A stretch of DNA of 63,737 bases from Candidatus Woesearchaeota archaeon (GTDB taxonomy: Archaea; Nanobdellota; Nanobdellia; Woesearchaeales; UBA10216), in the NCBI GenBank assembly GCA_016180085.1, contig JACPBX010000004.1:1-63737 (forward strand), in the 5' to 3' direction. Numbering within the stretch: the first letter of the stretch is position 1; each line of letters opens with the position of its first letter. The notes below the pieces were generated by a model that saw nothing but the letters and a program-made list of their open reading frames with translations, ran no database searches and was not told the DNA's origin. This document shows positions 1 to 8,422 of this stretch, piece by piece. The position numbers were made by a program, and so were the translations under genes.

Positions 1-698
1 CCGAGCTTCATCAGCCTGTGCTGCGGCAGTGTTTTGAGGTTTTCGCAAATGTTGTGGTGCACTATGAGGTGGCCGTCTTTTGACTTGTAGCCCCAGACAG
101 GCTCGCCGTATTTGAGGTAGCAGCATTTTGGCATTTGCAGCAGCGACGGCTTTGTTCCCTTCGTATCGAGCTTTTCAATGACCTCTGCCGGGGTTAAAAT
201 CTCCCATTCCTTCTTCCCAAGCTCTTCCCCGCTTATTCCCAGTGCCCTTCTTATCTTTTCCCGTGCAAAGTTTGTCTTTACGAACTTCAGCCACTGCCTT
301 GAGGGCTTGGCGTCTTTGGATGTTATTATCTCTACAACATCGCCCGGGTTCAGCTCATAATCCAGTGGCGCAATGCTTCCGTTCACCTTTGCAGCCTTGC
401 AGTGGTTGCCTATTTCTGTGTGCACGGCATACCCGAAGTCTATCGGCGTTGCTTTCTCAGGAAGGTGCACGGGGTCGCCTTTAGGCGTCAGGACATAAAT
501 CTCGTCCTTGAACATGTCCACTTTCAGGCTCTCTACGAAGTCCTTTGCCGATTCCGAGCTCCTCCATTCCAGCACCTGCTTGAGCCATGCGATTTTGCGG
601 TCAAACTGCCTGTCCTTCTCCGTCTTCTTGTACCTCCAGTGGGCAGCTATTCCTTCCTCTGCCATGTGGTGCATTTCCAGTGTCCTTATCTGGACCTC
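1..698 (-). pseudogene. RelA/SpoT-family (RSH) protein, downstream part in a shifted frame (synthetase remnant, TGS, Cys-rich domain); runs off the window start
   Basis: Hand translation of the minus strand from 698 gives EVQIRTLEMHHMAEEGIAAHWRYKK...IYVLTPKGDPVHLPEKATPIDFGYAVHTEIGNHCKAAKVNG...CCYLKYGEPVWGYKSKDGHLIVHHNICEN. It stays open to position 1. It is absent from the ORF track because it is partial. It is offset by one base from the HD ORF at the A/G run around 691-705. Confidence 0.75.
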
Positions 699-1468
699 TT
701 TTTGGCAAGCATTTTCTTGTAGATGCCATAGAAGTTCTTGGCCCTTCCGACAACAGCAGCCGGGATGTTATTCTCTTCAATGAGCCGCTTTACGGCAGCA
801 ACTACCTTCTTTACCTCTTTTTCCCTCTCCTCCTTCTTTTTCGCAATCCTCGCCTTGAGCTCCTGGTAGATGCCTGGCTCGAGGAACCTCAGGCAGAGGT
901 CCTCAAGCTCTGACTTCACCCTGTACATCCCGAGCTTGTAAGCCACAGGAACGTAAATCTCAAGCGTTTCCCTGGCTATTTCCCGCTGCTGCTCCTGCGG
1001 GAGGTATTTCAAAGTACGCATGTTGTGAAGCCTGTCTGCCAGTTTCACAAGGATGACTCGGATGTCCTTTATCGTTGCCAGCAAAACCTTTCGGATGTTC
1101 TCAGCCCTGTCCTCCCGCGTTGTTTTCAGCGCAATTTTTTTAGTCACGCCCTCGACTATCGAGGCAACAGCGCTGCCGAACTCCCTCTTCAGCTGCTCCT
1201 TTGATGTCTTGGTGTCTTCAAGGACGTCATGCAGCAGCGCAGCAGCGATTGTTTCCGAGTCCATGTGCATCCCGGACAGGATGTAGGCGACGTTGAGAAC
1301 GTGCTCAAAGTACTCGTCACCGGACATCCTCTTCTGGCCTGCATGGGCTGCCATGGCAAAGTCGTATGCCCTGCCCATCAGCGCAGTGTCAGCCCTTGGA
1401 TTATTGGCAACCACCTGTTCAATGAATTCCTTCTTCCCCAATCCCCTGGCAAGGTTCTCGTTTTTCAT
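686..1468 (-). CDS. RelA/SpoT-family protein, N-terminal HD (ppGpp hydrolase-type) domain
   Basis: Motifs HDVLEDT, RLHNMRTL and GRAKNFYGIYKKM are typical of the RSH HD domain and the start of the synthetase domain. The ORF stops right after YKKMLAKK. Confidence 0.8.
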   Translation of the reverse strand: MKNENLARGLGKKEFIEQVVANNPRADTALMGRAYDFAMAAHAGQKRMSGDEYFEHVLNVAYILSGMHMDSETIAAALLHDVLEDTKTSKEQLKREFGSAVASIVEGVTKKIALKTTREDRAENIRKVLLATIKDIRVILVKLADRLHNMRTLKYLPQEQQREIARETLEIYVPVAYKLGMYRVKSELEDLCLRFLEPGIYQELKARIAKKKEEREKEVKKVVAAVKRLIEENNIPAAVVGRAKNFYGIYKKMLAKKRSR

Positions 1469-1509
1469 GCTTGTCTCTGCTTGCTCTTCAAAGAATAAGG
1501 TAACTGTGT

Positions 1510-2433
1510 TCAGCTTAATTTAACTTTTGGTATTTTTCCTGTTCTCTGGTAGTTAAGAACAGGCAGGTTAAAGGGCAGGCCCAGCCATTCCAGATGCTCG
1601 CCTGGCAATTGCAGCAGTTGGCGCGCCAGCAGCATATCAGCTGGTCCGATGCTGTCCAGCCAGGCTATTAAAACAGTCCTGTTTGGGTGTTCTATCCTTA
1701 ATCCGTCATACCCGTCTTTCCCGCTGTTGTGCCTGTCAACTGTTACGCCGTTGTTTTGGTAAGGCAGGGGGGTCCAGAATGGGTGAGGCGGTGCCTTCAC
1801 TCTCGCATCATTCTTTCCTTGCTCAATCCGCACTCGGCCAACACCTTCAATTTGCGTATTAAATGACCTGAAGCGCCCTCCGCCTGCAGAATCAATGGCG
1901 TATTCCACGAGTATGTCATTGATATGAATTAATGCCCCATTAAATGTCAGAAATCCGTCAAAATCAAGAGCCGAAGGCCTGACCCAGGTTTCCCTGCCGT
2001 TAATAATCACAGGATTCGGGTCATAGCCGCCCCATAAGCCAACCTCAAGCGTGTCTCCGGAATCCGTATATTTTACCGCATGGTCGCCATGGGTAACAAC
2101 TGCATGAATGATATCCTGCCTTGGTTTGTCGTAATCTTTCTCTATTGCTTTTACCCCTCGTAACATTGGGCCATCGTGAGCAAAGGTTATGCGCTTTGGG
2201 GCGGTTATCTCGAAATCCCCGCCAGCGGTTGTAAGCAGGTAGCCATCTTCCTCAAGCCTTTTTTGCAGCTCTTCTGTTGGCTCAAAAGTGTGGACGTCCA
2301 GCAACTGCCCTCTTCCGGAATTCTGGCGTAGAACAGCTTGCCCAGGGGTCACGAGATAGCCTGCCCTTAGAAGTTCCTGCACATAATCATCCAGCCCTAA
2401 TGGATCTTGTGAGTGTTGTGGAAAATTTGCCAT
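1510..2433 (-). CDS. hypothetical protein
   Basis: 307-aa ORF with no competing ORF. I recognise no motif. Confidence 0.5.
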   Translation of the reverse strand: MANFPQHSQDPLGLDDYVQELLRAGYLVTPGQAVLRQNSGRGQLLDVHTFEPTEELQKRLEEDGYLLTTAGGDFEITAPKRITFAHDGPMLRGVKAIEKDYDKPRQDIIHAVVTHGDHAVKYTDSGDTLEVGLWGGYDPNPVIINGRETWVRPSALDFDGFLTFNGALIHINDILVEYAIDSAGGGRFRSFNTQIEGVGRVRIEQGKNDARVKAPPHPFWTPLPYQNNGVTVDRHNSGKDGYDGLRIEHPNRTVLIAWLDSIGPADMLLARQLLQLPGEHLEWLGLPFNLPVLNYQRTGKIPKVKLS

Positions 2434-2597
2434 GCACGCCTGGCACTATCTTCGCTATTTAAACGTTTCCTTTTTTTAACCACTTGCTAGTAACCAATTA
2501 GCTTGTTACGGCAGTAGCCGTGCTGTGGTCCTTGGAAGAAAACCCCTCAAAAAGGTTCGCATAAGGCAGTTCTCGGCGGAGTTTTCAAAAGACAGAC

Positions 2598-2615
2598 CGA
2601 AAGGTTTAAATATAA
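2598..2615 (+). promoter_or_regulatory. BRE/TATA-like element (cgaaagg tttaaatataa)
   Basis: Nearly the same box as at 10622-10640 (minus), 62761-62777 and 54726-54735. It lies about 225 nt upstream of the tfb start codon. Confidence 0.45.
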
Positions 2616-2838
2616 GTTAGTATAACTGTTTAAAAAGTTTGTTGTTTGTTGGAACTGGTTTTGGGGGGTATTAGTTCAGTTCCTGTTTAAGGTGCTGCCA
2701 TCAGCCGTTATCAGCTGCTGTCAGCCGTTATCGAAATTTGTCGATGGCAACGGCATTTGATTGTCTGTTTTAGGCAAATCCGTTTTCATGATGGCGGTTA
2801 TGCTCATAATTAACGGGGTTTAACAGGGGGATACTAAA

Positions 2839-3768
2839 ATGGCAGAATATGTCAAGAAGTGCCCGGAATGCGGCAGCATAAACCTTTTCTGGAACAAGGA
2901 AAAAGGCGAGGTCATCTGCAAGGACTGCGGCCTGGTTATTGAGGAGAAGATGGTTGACTTCGGCCAGGAATGGAGGGAGTTTGATTCTGAGGAAGGTGAC
3001 AAGCTCAGGAGGGCTGGCGCTCCGATGACCTATACCCAGTATGACCAGGGCCTTGGCACTGAAGTGGGGAAGATGGCTGACCTTAGCAAGCTGGGCGCCA
3101 AGAGCAGGAACAAGTTCTTTCGCTTGAGGAAGTGGCAGTACAGGATTTCCACAGCCATTGAGCGCAACCTGAAGCTGGCTCTCGCGGAGCTAAAGAGGGT
3201 TGCTTCGTATTTGAAGCTTCCAAGGTCTGTTGAGGAAGAGTCAGCTAGGATTTACACCATGGCTGTCCAGCGCGGCTTGGTAAGGGGCAGGTCTATGGAG
3301 TCGGTTGTTGCCGGAGCCCTTTACGCTGCCTGCAGAAGGCATGAGGTTCCAAGGACTTTGGACGAGCTTTCAGAGGCTTCTGGCATTGAAAAGAAGGAGA
3401 TTGGCAGGACTTACAGGTTTGTTACGAGGGAGCTTGGCATCAGCATCTTGCCCAGCAACCCTGCTGACTACATCCCGAGGTTTGCCTCTGCGCTCAAGCT
3501 GACAGCTGAGACGCAGTCAAAGGCTATCGAGATTCTTGAGAGGGCACAGAGGGAAGAGCTTACTAGTGGTAGAGGTCCTACTGGCATTGCCGCAGCTGCG
3601 TTGTACGTTTCAGCGCTAATCCACGGCGAGAAGCGAACCCAGAGGGAAGTCGCGGATGTTGCCGGCGTTACAGAGGTTACAATCAGGAACAGGTACAAGG
3701 AACTCCTTGAGCAGCTCAAGCTTGAGAAGGAAATCAGGAAGGCAAAGAAGAAGCTGGTCGCGGTTTGA
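2839..3768 (+). CDS. tfb: transcription initiation factor IIB (TFB)
   Basis: N-terminal Zn ribbon CPECGS...CKDCGLV, followed by two cyclin-like repeats. Length is typical at 309 aa. Confidence 0.95.
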   Translation: MAEYVKKCPECGSINLFWNKEKGEVICKDCGLVIEEKMVDFGQEWREFDSEEGDKLRRAGAPMTYTQYDQGLGTEVGKMADLSKLGAKSRNKFFRLRKWQYRISTAIERNLKLALAELKRVASYLKLPRSVEEESARIYTMAVQRGLVRGRSMESVVAGALYAACRRHEVPRTLDELSEASGIEKKEIGRTYRFVTRELGISILPSNPADYIPRFASALKLTAETQSKAIEILERAQREELTSGRGPTGIAAAALYVSALIHGEKRTQREVADVAGVTEVTIRNRYKELLEQLKLEKEIRKAKKKLVAV

Positions 3769-4662
3769 TTAAGTCGTTTCAGCGTATTGCGGCTGCAGCG
3801 GTTTCTGGGCTATAACCATCATCCAATACCTTGGTATGGCTGTTACGGCATTTACGCCTTTGAGTCCTTGGAATATTTCTCCTGCAGCAAGCTTCAGGGC
3901 TGCTGTGGCGGTTTGCAGATATTCCGGTGCTGGTCTTAAAGCTCCCTGGGCGAAGTCATTGAATTCTGCAATTGCTTCCAATGCATTCTGTTTGAGCTCT
4001 ACAGTCTGCAGTTCTGTCCTCACAATCACCAGGCCATTCTCTGTCATTAAATCGCAATACTTCTGTTGGCTTAACCAGTGGTCTTTTCCGGCTTGCACAC
4101 GCTCTTTCTGACCTTCAAAGGGCCAGTGTTTTTCCTGTATTATTCTTCGGGCACGTGTTATCCACCTTTGCCATAAAATTTCCGTTCCCGGAACATAGGC
4201 GCCTTCAAAGAAAGTCGATACTACCGCCAGAAGGCCGCCTGGTGCCAATGCCTCTTTCGCGTACTTAATGGCTTCGGCCTTCCTCGCGAAGTTATGGATG
4301 CAGTTTCCGAGGAAGCCAACGTCAACCGTGCCGGGTTTTACAGGCAGAGGTTCCTGGGCGTCTGCCACGTGAAATTCAAGCCCGGTTTTTCCTGAATAAG
4401 GCCCGAGCTCTTGCTGCGCTAATTCCAGTGCCTCATCACTTCTGTCCATCAGGGCACTCGAAGCTGGAGAAGCAATTTCGCAGGCGAGCTTTGTCATGAG
4501 GCCTAAGCCGCAGGCAATGTCACCTATCCTCTTTCCTGTGAGGCCGCCAGGTACATGGCTGTTCACAACAGCAACAAGGTCCCTGTTAACCTTTATGTAT
4601 TCAGGAACCGCCGCAAAGGGGTCGAATTTGTAAACCCTTTTCTTTAAGGTAGCTTCGTCCAT
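3769..4662 (-). CDS. class I SAM-dependent methyltransferase
   Basis: Motif I IGDIACGLGLMT and the downstream LAPGGLLAVV are consistent with a Rossmann-fold methyltransferase. Confidence 0.7.
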   Translation of the reverse strand: MDEATLKKRVYKFDPFAAVPEYIKVNRDLVAVVNSHVPGGLTGKRIGDIACGLGLMTKLACEIASPASSALMDRSDEALELAQQELGPYSGKTGLEFHVADAQEPLPVKPGTVDVGFLGNCIHNFARKAEAIKYAKEALAPGGLLAVVSTFFEGAYVPGTEILWQRWITRARRIIQEKHWPFEGQKERVQAGKDHWLSQQKYCDLMTENGLVIVRTELQTVELKQNALEAIAEFNDFAQGALRPAPEYLQTATAALKLAAGEIFQGLKGVNAVTAIPRYWMMVIAQKPLQPQYAETT

Positions 4663-4725
4663 GCATTGTGGGAACCTGTTCGGATAAATAAATATTTCGA
4701 ATTACGCACACCTATATGCGGCTTC

Positions 4726-5121
4726 TCAGAACTTATAGATTGCTTTCTCAAAATCCATGACCCTGTTGTTCCTTATTCTAATCCCCTCCTTCCTAAGCAG
4801 CTCTGCCTTCCTTTTCAGGCCGTGCGCAAAGCCGTGAAGGTGGCCAGTGCTGCCAACAACTCTGTGGCACGGCACCATCTTTTTTCCGTAGCCGCAGGCG
4901 AGCAGCCCGTTTGGATTCTTATTCATCGCGTTGCCAACTGCCCTGTATGCCTTTGTTCCTGCCGCTTCTGCAAGGAGCTTGTAAGTAGTTACTTTTCCTT
5001 CCGGAACTTTTTTGCACAGCAGCCAGATTCTTCCGGAAAATCGCATAAAAGGGGCAAATATTTCAGCAGTATTAAAATTTATCCGTTTGGCGTCGGAAAT
5101 CTTCCGGAAAAACAGGGGCAA
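4726..5121 (-). CDS. ogt: methylated-DNA-protein-cysteine methyltransferase (MGMT/Ogt, C-terminal domain only)
   Basis: VPEGKVTTYKLLA...RAVGNAMNKNP...PCHRVV contains the PCHRV active-site motif. The true start may be the internal Met at 5046. Confidence 0.8.
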   Translation of the reverse strand: MPLFFRKISDAKRINFNTAEIFAPFMRFSGRIWLLCKKVPEGKVTTYKLLAEAAGTKAYRAVGNAMNKNPNGLLACGYGKKMVPCHRVVGSTGHLHGFAHGLKRKAELLRKEGIRIRNNRVMDFEKAIYKF

Positions 5122-5155
5122 AGCTTATTAAGTAGTTCTCCTATAAGCTGAACAC

Positions 5156-5476
5156 ATGAAGAGGTTCAGCATCAATCCAATAGTGTATGACTGGATATTT
5201 TGGATTTCTGTCACTGTTGTAGTAGTTTGGATGGTTCTAAAGGCAGCGGGCATAATTCAATCGCCAGCCTGGCAGGTGCTACTTCCATACGCCGGTAGCC
5301 TGGTAGCTGTCGTGGCTTATTTTCAGAAAACAGGCAGGCAATTACAAAAAATTGACCACCTGGACCGGGACTTCCACGAATTTAGGAGCAAAGCAGAACT
5401 CAGATTTGATGAAATTAAGGATGGGCTTCACAAGCACGATAACCGCCTGATAAGGATAGAAGCAAAACTGGCATAG
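5156..5476 (+). CDS. small membrane protein (paralog 1 of 3)
   Basis: Two predicted TM helices followed by a charged helical tail. It is similar to the next two ORFs. Confidence 0.55.
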   Translation: MKRFSINPIVYDWIFWISVTVVVVWMVLKAAGIIQSPAWQVLLPYAGSLVAVVAYFQKTGRQLQKIDHLDRDFHEFRSKAELRFDEIKDGLHKHDNRLIRIEAKLA

Positions 5477-5492
5477 CTTGGAAGGGCTGAAT

Positions 5493-5810
5493 ATGGAAAC
5501 TTGGCGTCAGAGGTTCAAAAGGTTAAGGGAGACTTACTTTGGAAACGTTTGGGATATACTTACGTGGCTATCACTTGCTGGAATATTCCTGTGGGGCATA
5601 GCAAAGGCAGCTGGCTGGATTAACACGCCCTTGATTATCGAACTGGCACCGGTGTTACTGGCAGCATTTTCCTTTGGCAGGTTCTTTCAGGAGCAGAAGG
5701 AGTTTAAGAACGAGATGCACCAATTTAAGAATGAAACGTGTAAAGAACTGACTGGGCTGTCGGTGAGGCTCTTTCATATGGAATCAATGAAGCTTAAGAG
5801 AGCACCATGA
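5493..5810 (+). CDS. small membrane protein (paralog 2 of 3)
   Basis: LWGIAKAAGWINTPLIIELAPVLLAAF aligns with WMVLKAAGIIQSPAWQVLLPYAGSLVAV of paralog 1. I prefer the ATG at 5493 to the TTG at 5478. Confidence 0.55.
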   Translation: METWRQRFKRLRETYFGNVWDILTWLSLAGIFLWGIAKAAGWINTPLIIELAPVLLAAFSFGRFFQEQKEFKNEMHQFKNETCKELTGLSVRLFHMESMKLKRAP

Positions 5811-5989
5811 AATTTATCCACGTATATGCGGCTTGGATGGTTGTTGTGATGGTTGCAAGGTTAGCTGGACTGATAAGTAAACCTGTTTTTGAGTCTCTTT
5901 TTGTCATAGGAATTGTTTTCGTTGCTGGAGTATCGTATAAGAGCTTATGTGAGCTTGACTATGCTTTCAATAAAAGGCACGATGCCTGA
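5807..5989 (+). CDS. small membrane protein (paralog 3 of 3, truncated)
   Basis: VMVARLAGLISKPVFESLFVIGIVFVAG has the same pattern as paralogs 1 and 2. It shares an ATGA start/stop overlap with the upstream ORF. Confidence 0.45.
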   Translation: MKFIHVYAAWMVVVMVARLAGLISKPVFESLFVIGIVFVAGVSYKSLCELDYAFNKRHDA

Positions 5990-6018
5990 GTGAGATGGCT
6001 TAAACAAACTTAGACGGC

Positions 6019-6351
6019 TTATAGCAGCTCATCAATCTTCGCTGCCATTATGAAATCGTTCTCAGAAAGCCCTTTTATGGCGTGAGTTGTAAGCTGCAGC
6101 ATGACCTTGTTCCAGCTTATCTTTATGTCAGGGTGGTGGCCCTCCTCTTCTGCAACGGCAGCAACCTTGTTCACGAACTTCATTGCCTCGGCAAAGTCCT
6201 TGAACCTGAAGGTTCGCTCTATCGCATATGCGCCGTTAATGCCAACCCGATGCCATAGGTTTATCTGCCTCAGCAGTTTTTCTGTCTCTTCGTGGCCGAG
6301 TGGAGGCGTTCCGCCTTCGCAAGGCACGCATTTCTTTTGTGCAAGGCTCAT
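6019..6351 (-). CDS. pterin-4-alpha-carbinolamine dehydratase (PCD/DCoH family)
   Basis: Matches: CVPCEGG, FRFKDFAEAMKFVNKVAAVAEEEGHHPDI, WNKV..LTTH and GLSENDF. Confidence 0.85.
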   Translation of the reverse strand: MSLAQKKCVPCEGGTPPLGHEETEKLLRQINLWHRVGINGAYAIERTFRFKDFAEAMKFVNKVAAVAEEEGHHPDIKISWNKVMLQLTTHAIKGLSENDFIMAAKIDELL

Positions 6352-7541
6352 TTTCGGTCAGCCCCAGGCACGGCGTTCTCTACTCTTTTAAAATTTTCTT
6401 CATTTTGTTTGTGCTTATATTGTTGGGCAGCCGCCAGCAGTTCTTCTCTGTTGATGTTTATTCCTTTCTGTCTCAGCATGGAAGTAGCATAATCTCCGGC
6501 AAGGAACTGGCACAGCTGCGTCACGTTTTTCGGCCTTAGCGTTTTTCTGCACCTTTCAAAGTCGAGCATGGTTATTTTCCCGCTTTTGCCGATTAAAACG
6601 TGCTTTTGCGGCCGCAGCATTTCCTCTTTGTTAACTCCCATTTCATCCAATCTTCTGCATTGCTGCAGCAGCTGTATTATTACGCCTTTTACTTTCACAG
6701 CTTCTTTGCAGGTGCTGATGAAATCAGTAATAAACTCTCCTTCAACAAACTCGTAGGCAAACCAGTCCGAGCCCTTCCAGTGCATCAGTAGTTTTGGCCC
6801 GATTCCCTCCTTGTTAAGCCTCCTGAGCCAGTTGATTTCGTTTTCTATCGTTGCAACAGCCGCGCTTTCTTTTCTTTTTGCCTTTACTACAACAGTTTTC
6901 CCGCTATAGCTGCCTTTGTACAGCGCTCCGCGGTTGCCTTTCTCAAATAATGCAACGCCCTTAATCCCTTTTTGCTGCAGCTGCAGCAGCAACTGTGATT
7001 TTCCGATTGAGTAAGTGTAAAGCGTTTCAAAAAACAGATGCTTCTGCTCCAGTTCCTCAAACTCAAGGCAGCTGCCTTCTATTGCCTCGTCAACCTTCTG
7101 CTTGTTTGTCCTGCTGCTGAACACAATGAGGATTATTCCGTTATCTTTTAGGTATTCGCGGCAGCCGCCAATAAACCGCTGCAGGGTTTCGTAGCCGTGC
7201 CTGCCGCCATAGATGGCAGCATCCTCTATTCCCTTGTCCTGCGGCAGGTAAGGCGGGTTGAAGATGAGGGTGTCAAACTTGCCTTTTATGCTGCTGAACA
7301 AGTCGCTTTTTACAAACGTGATTTTCCTGGCGACTTTTTCTTTTCCTGCGGCAGCAGCAGCGTACTTTAGCGCATCATCATTTACGTCTGCGGCAACAAC
7401 AGATTTGACTTTTTTCTTTTTAGCTGCAGTTATTGCCTGTATGCCGCTTCCCGTGCCCATGTCAAGGACTTTTCCATGTGCATATTGCTCAACTGCAGCT
7501 GCGAGGAGCTGGCTGTCTTCTGCAGGGTCGTAAATGTTCAT
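6348..7541 (-). CDS. HemK/Mtq2-like N5-glutamine methyltransferase fused to an atypical protein-kinase-like domain
   Basis: The N-terminal half has YDPAEDSQLL, VLDMGTGSGI and FNPPYLP. The C-terminal half has a kinase-like layout (G-rich loop, VVVKAKR, EFVEGE, MLDFE). A 4-nt ATGA overlap links it to the PCD gene. Confidence 0.7.
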   Translation of the reverse strand: MNIYDPAEDSQLLAAAVEQYAHGKVLDMGTGSGIQAITAAKKKKVKSVVAADVNDDALKYAAAAAGKEKVARKITFVKSDLFSSIKGKFDTLIFNPPYLPQDKGIEDAAIYGGRHGYETLQRFIGGCREYLKDNGIILIVFSSRTNKQKVDEAIEGSCLEFEELEQKHLFFETLYTYSIGKSQLLLQLQQKGIKGVALFEKGNRGALYKGSYSGKTVVVKAKRKESAAVATIENEINWLRRLNKEGIGPKLLMHWKGSDWFAYEFVEGEFITDFISTCKEAVKVKGVIIQLLQQCRRLDEMGVNKEEMLRPQKHVLIGKSGKITMLDFERCRKTLRPKNVTQLCQFLAGDYATSMLRQKGININREELLAAAQQYKHKQNEENFKRVENAVPGADRK

Positions 7542-7577
7542 GGGGATAGAAATAAACTGTTGCTATATAAGCTTATT

Positions 7578-8228
7578 TTAAGGCAACAGGTTTTGCAGAT
7601 ATTTACTGGCAAGCTCTGGCTCGCCTATCGCATTTGACCAGCCAGCAGCAGCATTGGATACCTCCTTAATCTTGTCTGTGGAGATTGTTTGATATCCTGC
7701 GTCTACTGGAATCTGCTTTTGGGCCGCTTGGCCGCAAATTCCTATTACTGCTTTATACCAGTTCAAAGCAGCATCCCACATTTTGAGGCCTTTAATTATT
7801 TCGCTCTTATTGTTTTCTCTTGCTGCAGCCTCAGTTATTGCCTGATTGCCAAGGCCATGGTTATTGTTTGCTAATTTAAGGCAAGCGTCAGCCCAGTAAG
7901 GGAAAAGCTTTGCAAACCACTGTTGAAGTATTTGACGCTCTTCAGGTGTTCCAAAAGAAGCATCAAATTCTCTGAAGGCGTTGTCGGCTTGCCTGTATTT
8001 GTCTGTGGCTTGCTCCAAATCTCCTGTGCCGTAGTGTACTTCTGCTTGCATCAGGTGTGAAATAGCCAGGTTTCTGTTTGCAGCATTTACCAGTGCTTCC
8101 AGCCCATTTTGCTGGGCAGCTGTTTTAGCTCGCACTAGCAAGTCCTGCGCCTCGTCAGGTTTGCCTTTGTTAAGAAAAGTCAGTGCTGTGCTAATGACTA
8201 CTGCTATCGTTTGCTGTTCGTTTGGCAT
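7578..8228 (-). CDS. hypothetical alpha-helical (TPR-like) protein
   Basis: 216-aa ORF. A TATA-like box sits at 8252-8261, about 28 nt upstream of the ATG. Confidence 0.5.
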   Translation of the reverse strand: MPNEQQTIAVVISTALTFLNKGKPDEAQDLLVRAKTAAQQNGLEALVNAANRNLAISHLMQAEVHYGTGDLEQATDKYRQADNAFREFDASFGTPEERQILQQWFAKLFPYWADACLKLANNNHGLGNQAITEAAARENNKSEIIKGLKMWDAALNWYKAVIGICGQAAQKQIPVDAGYQTISTDKIKEVSNAAAGWSNAIGEPELASKYLQNLLP

Positions 8229-8251
8229 ATCTCTCAGCAGCCCCTTCGCAC

Positions 8252-8261
8252 TATTTAAATC
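8252..8261 (-). promoter_or_regulatory. TATA-like box for the 7578..8228 gene (leaderless spacing)
   Basis: The minus strand reads atttaaatag, about 28 nt upstream of the start codon at 8228. Confidence 0.45.
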
Positions 8262-8422
8262 TTTCTATTTTAACCACTATCAAGTAATTATAAAATTTGC
8301 TTAAAGTCGCCGTTACCTTTATAAACCAGTGCCTCATCCATCATAATTGCCCGAGTGATTTCATCACTCCTTTTTACTGCTTCGGCAGGAGGGCCACGAG
8401 ATTGTATTGAGAGTGTTTCAGA

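Noticed and set aside
8229-8422. A possible L1 autoregulatory mRNA site in the rpl1 leader (hairpins GTGAT-ttc-ATCAC and CTGC-ttcg-GCAG).
   Set aside because: I cannot match the 23S rRNA L1-stalk mimic from memory with any confidence. In the one archaeal case I recall, the site lies inside the coding region. It is too speculative to report as a feature.
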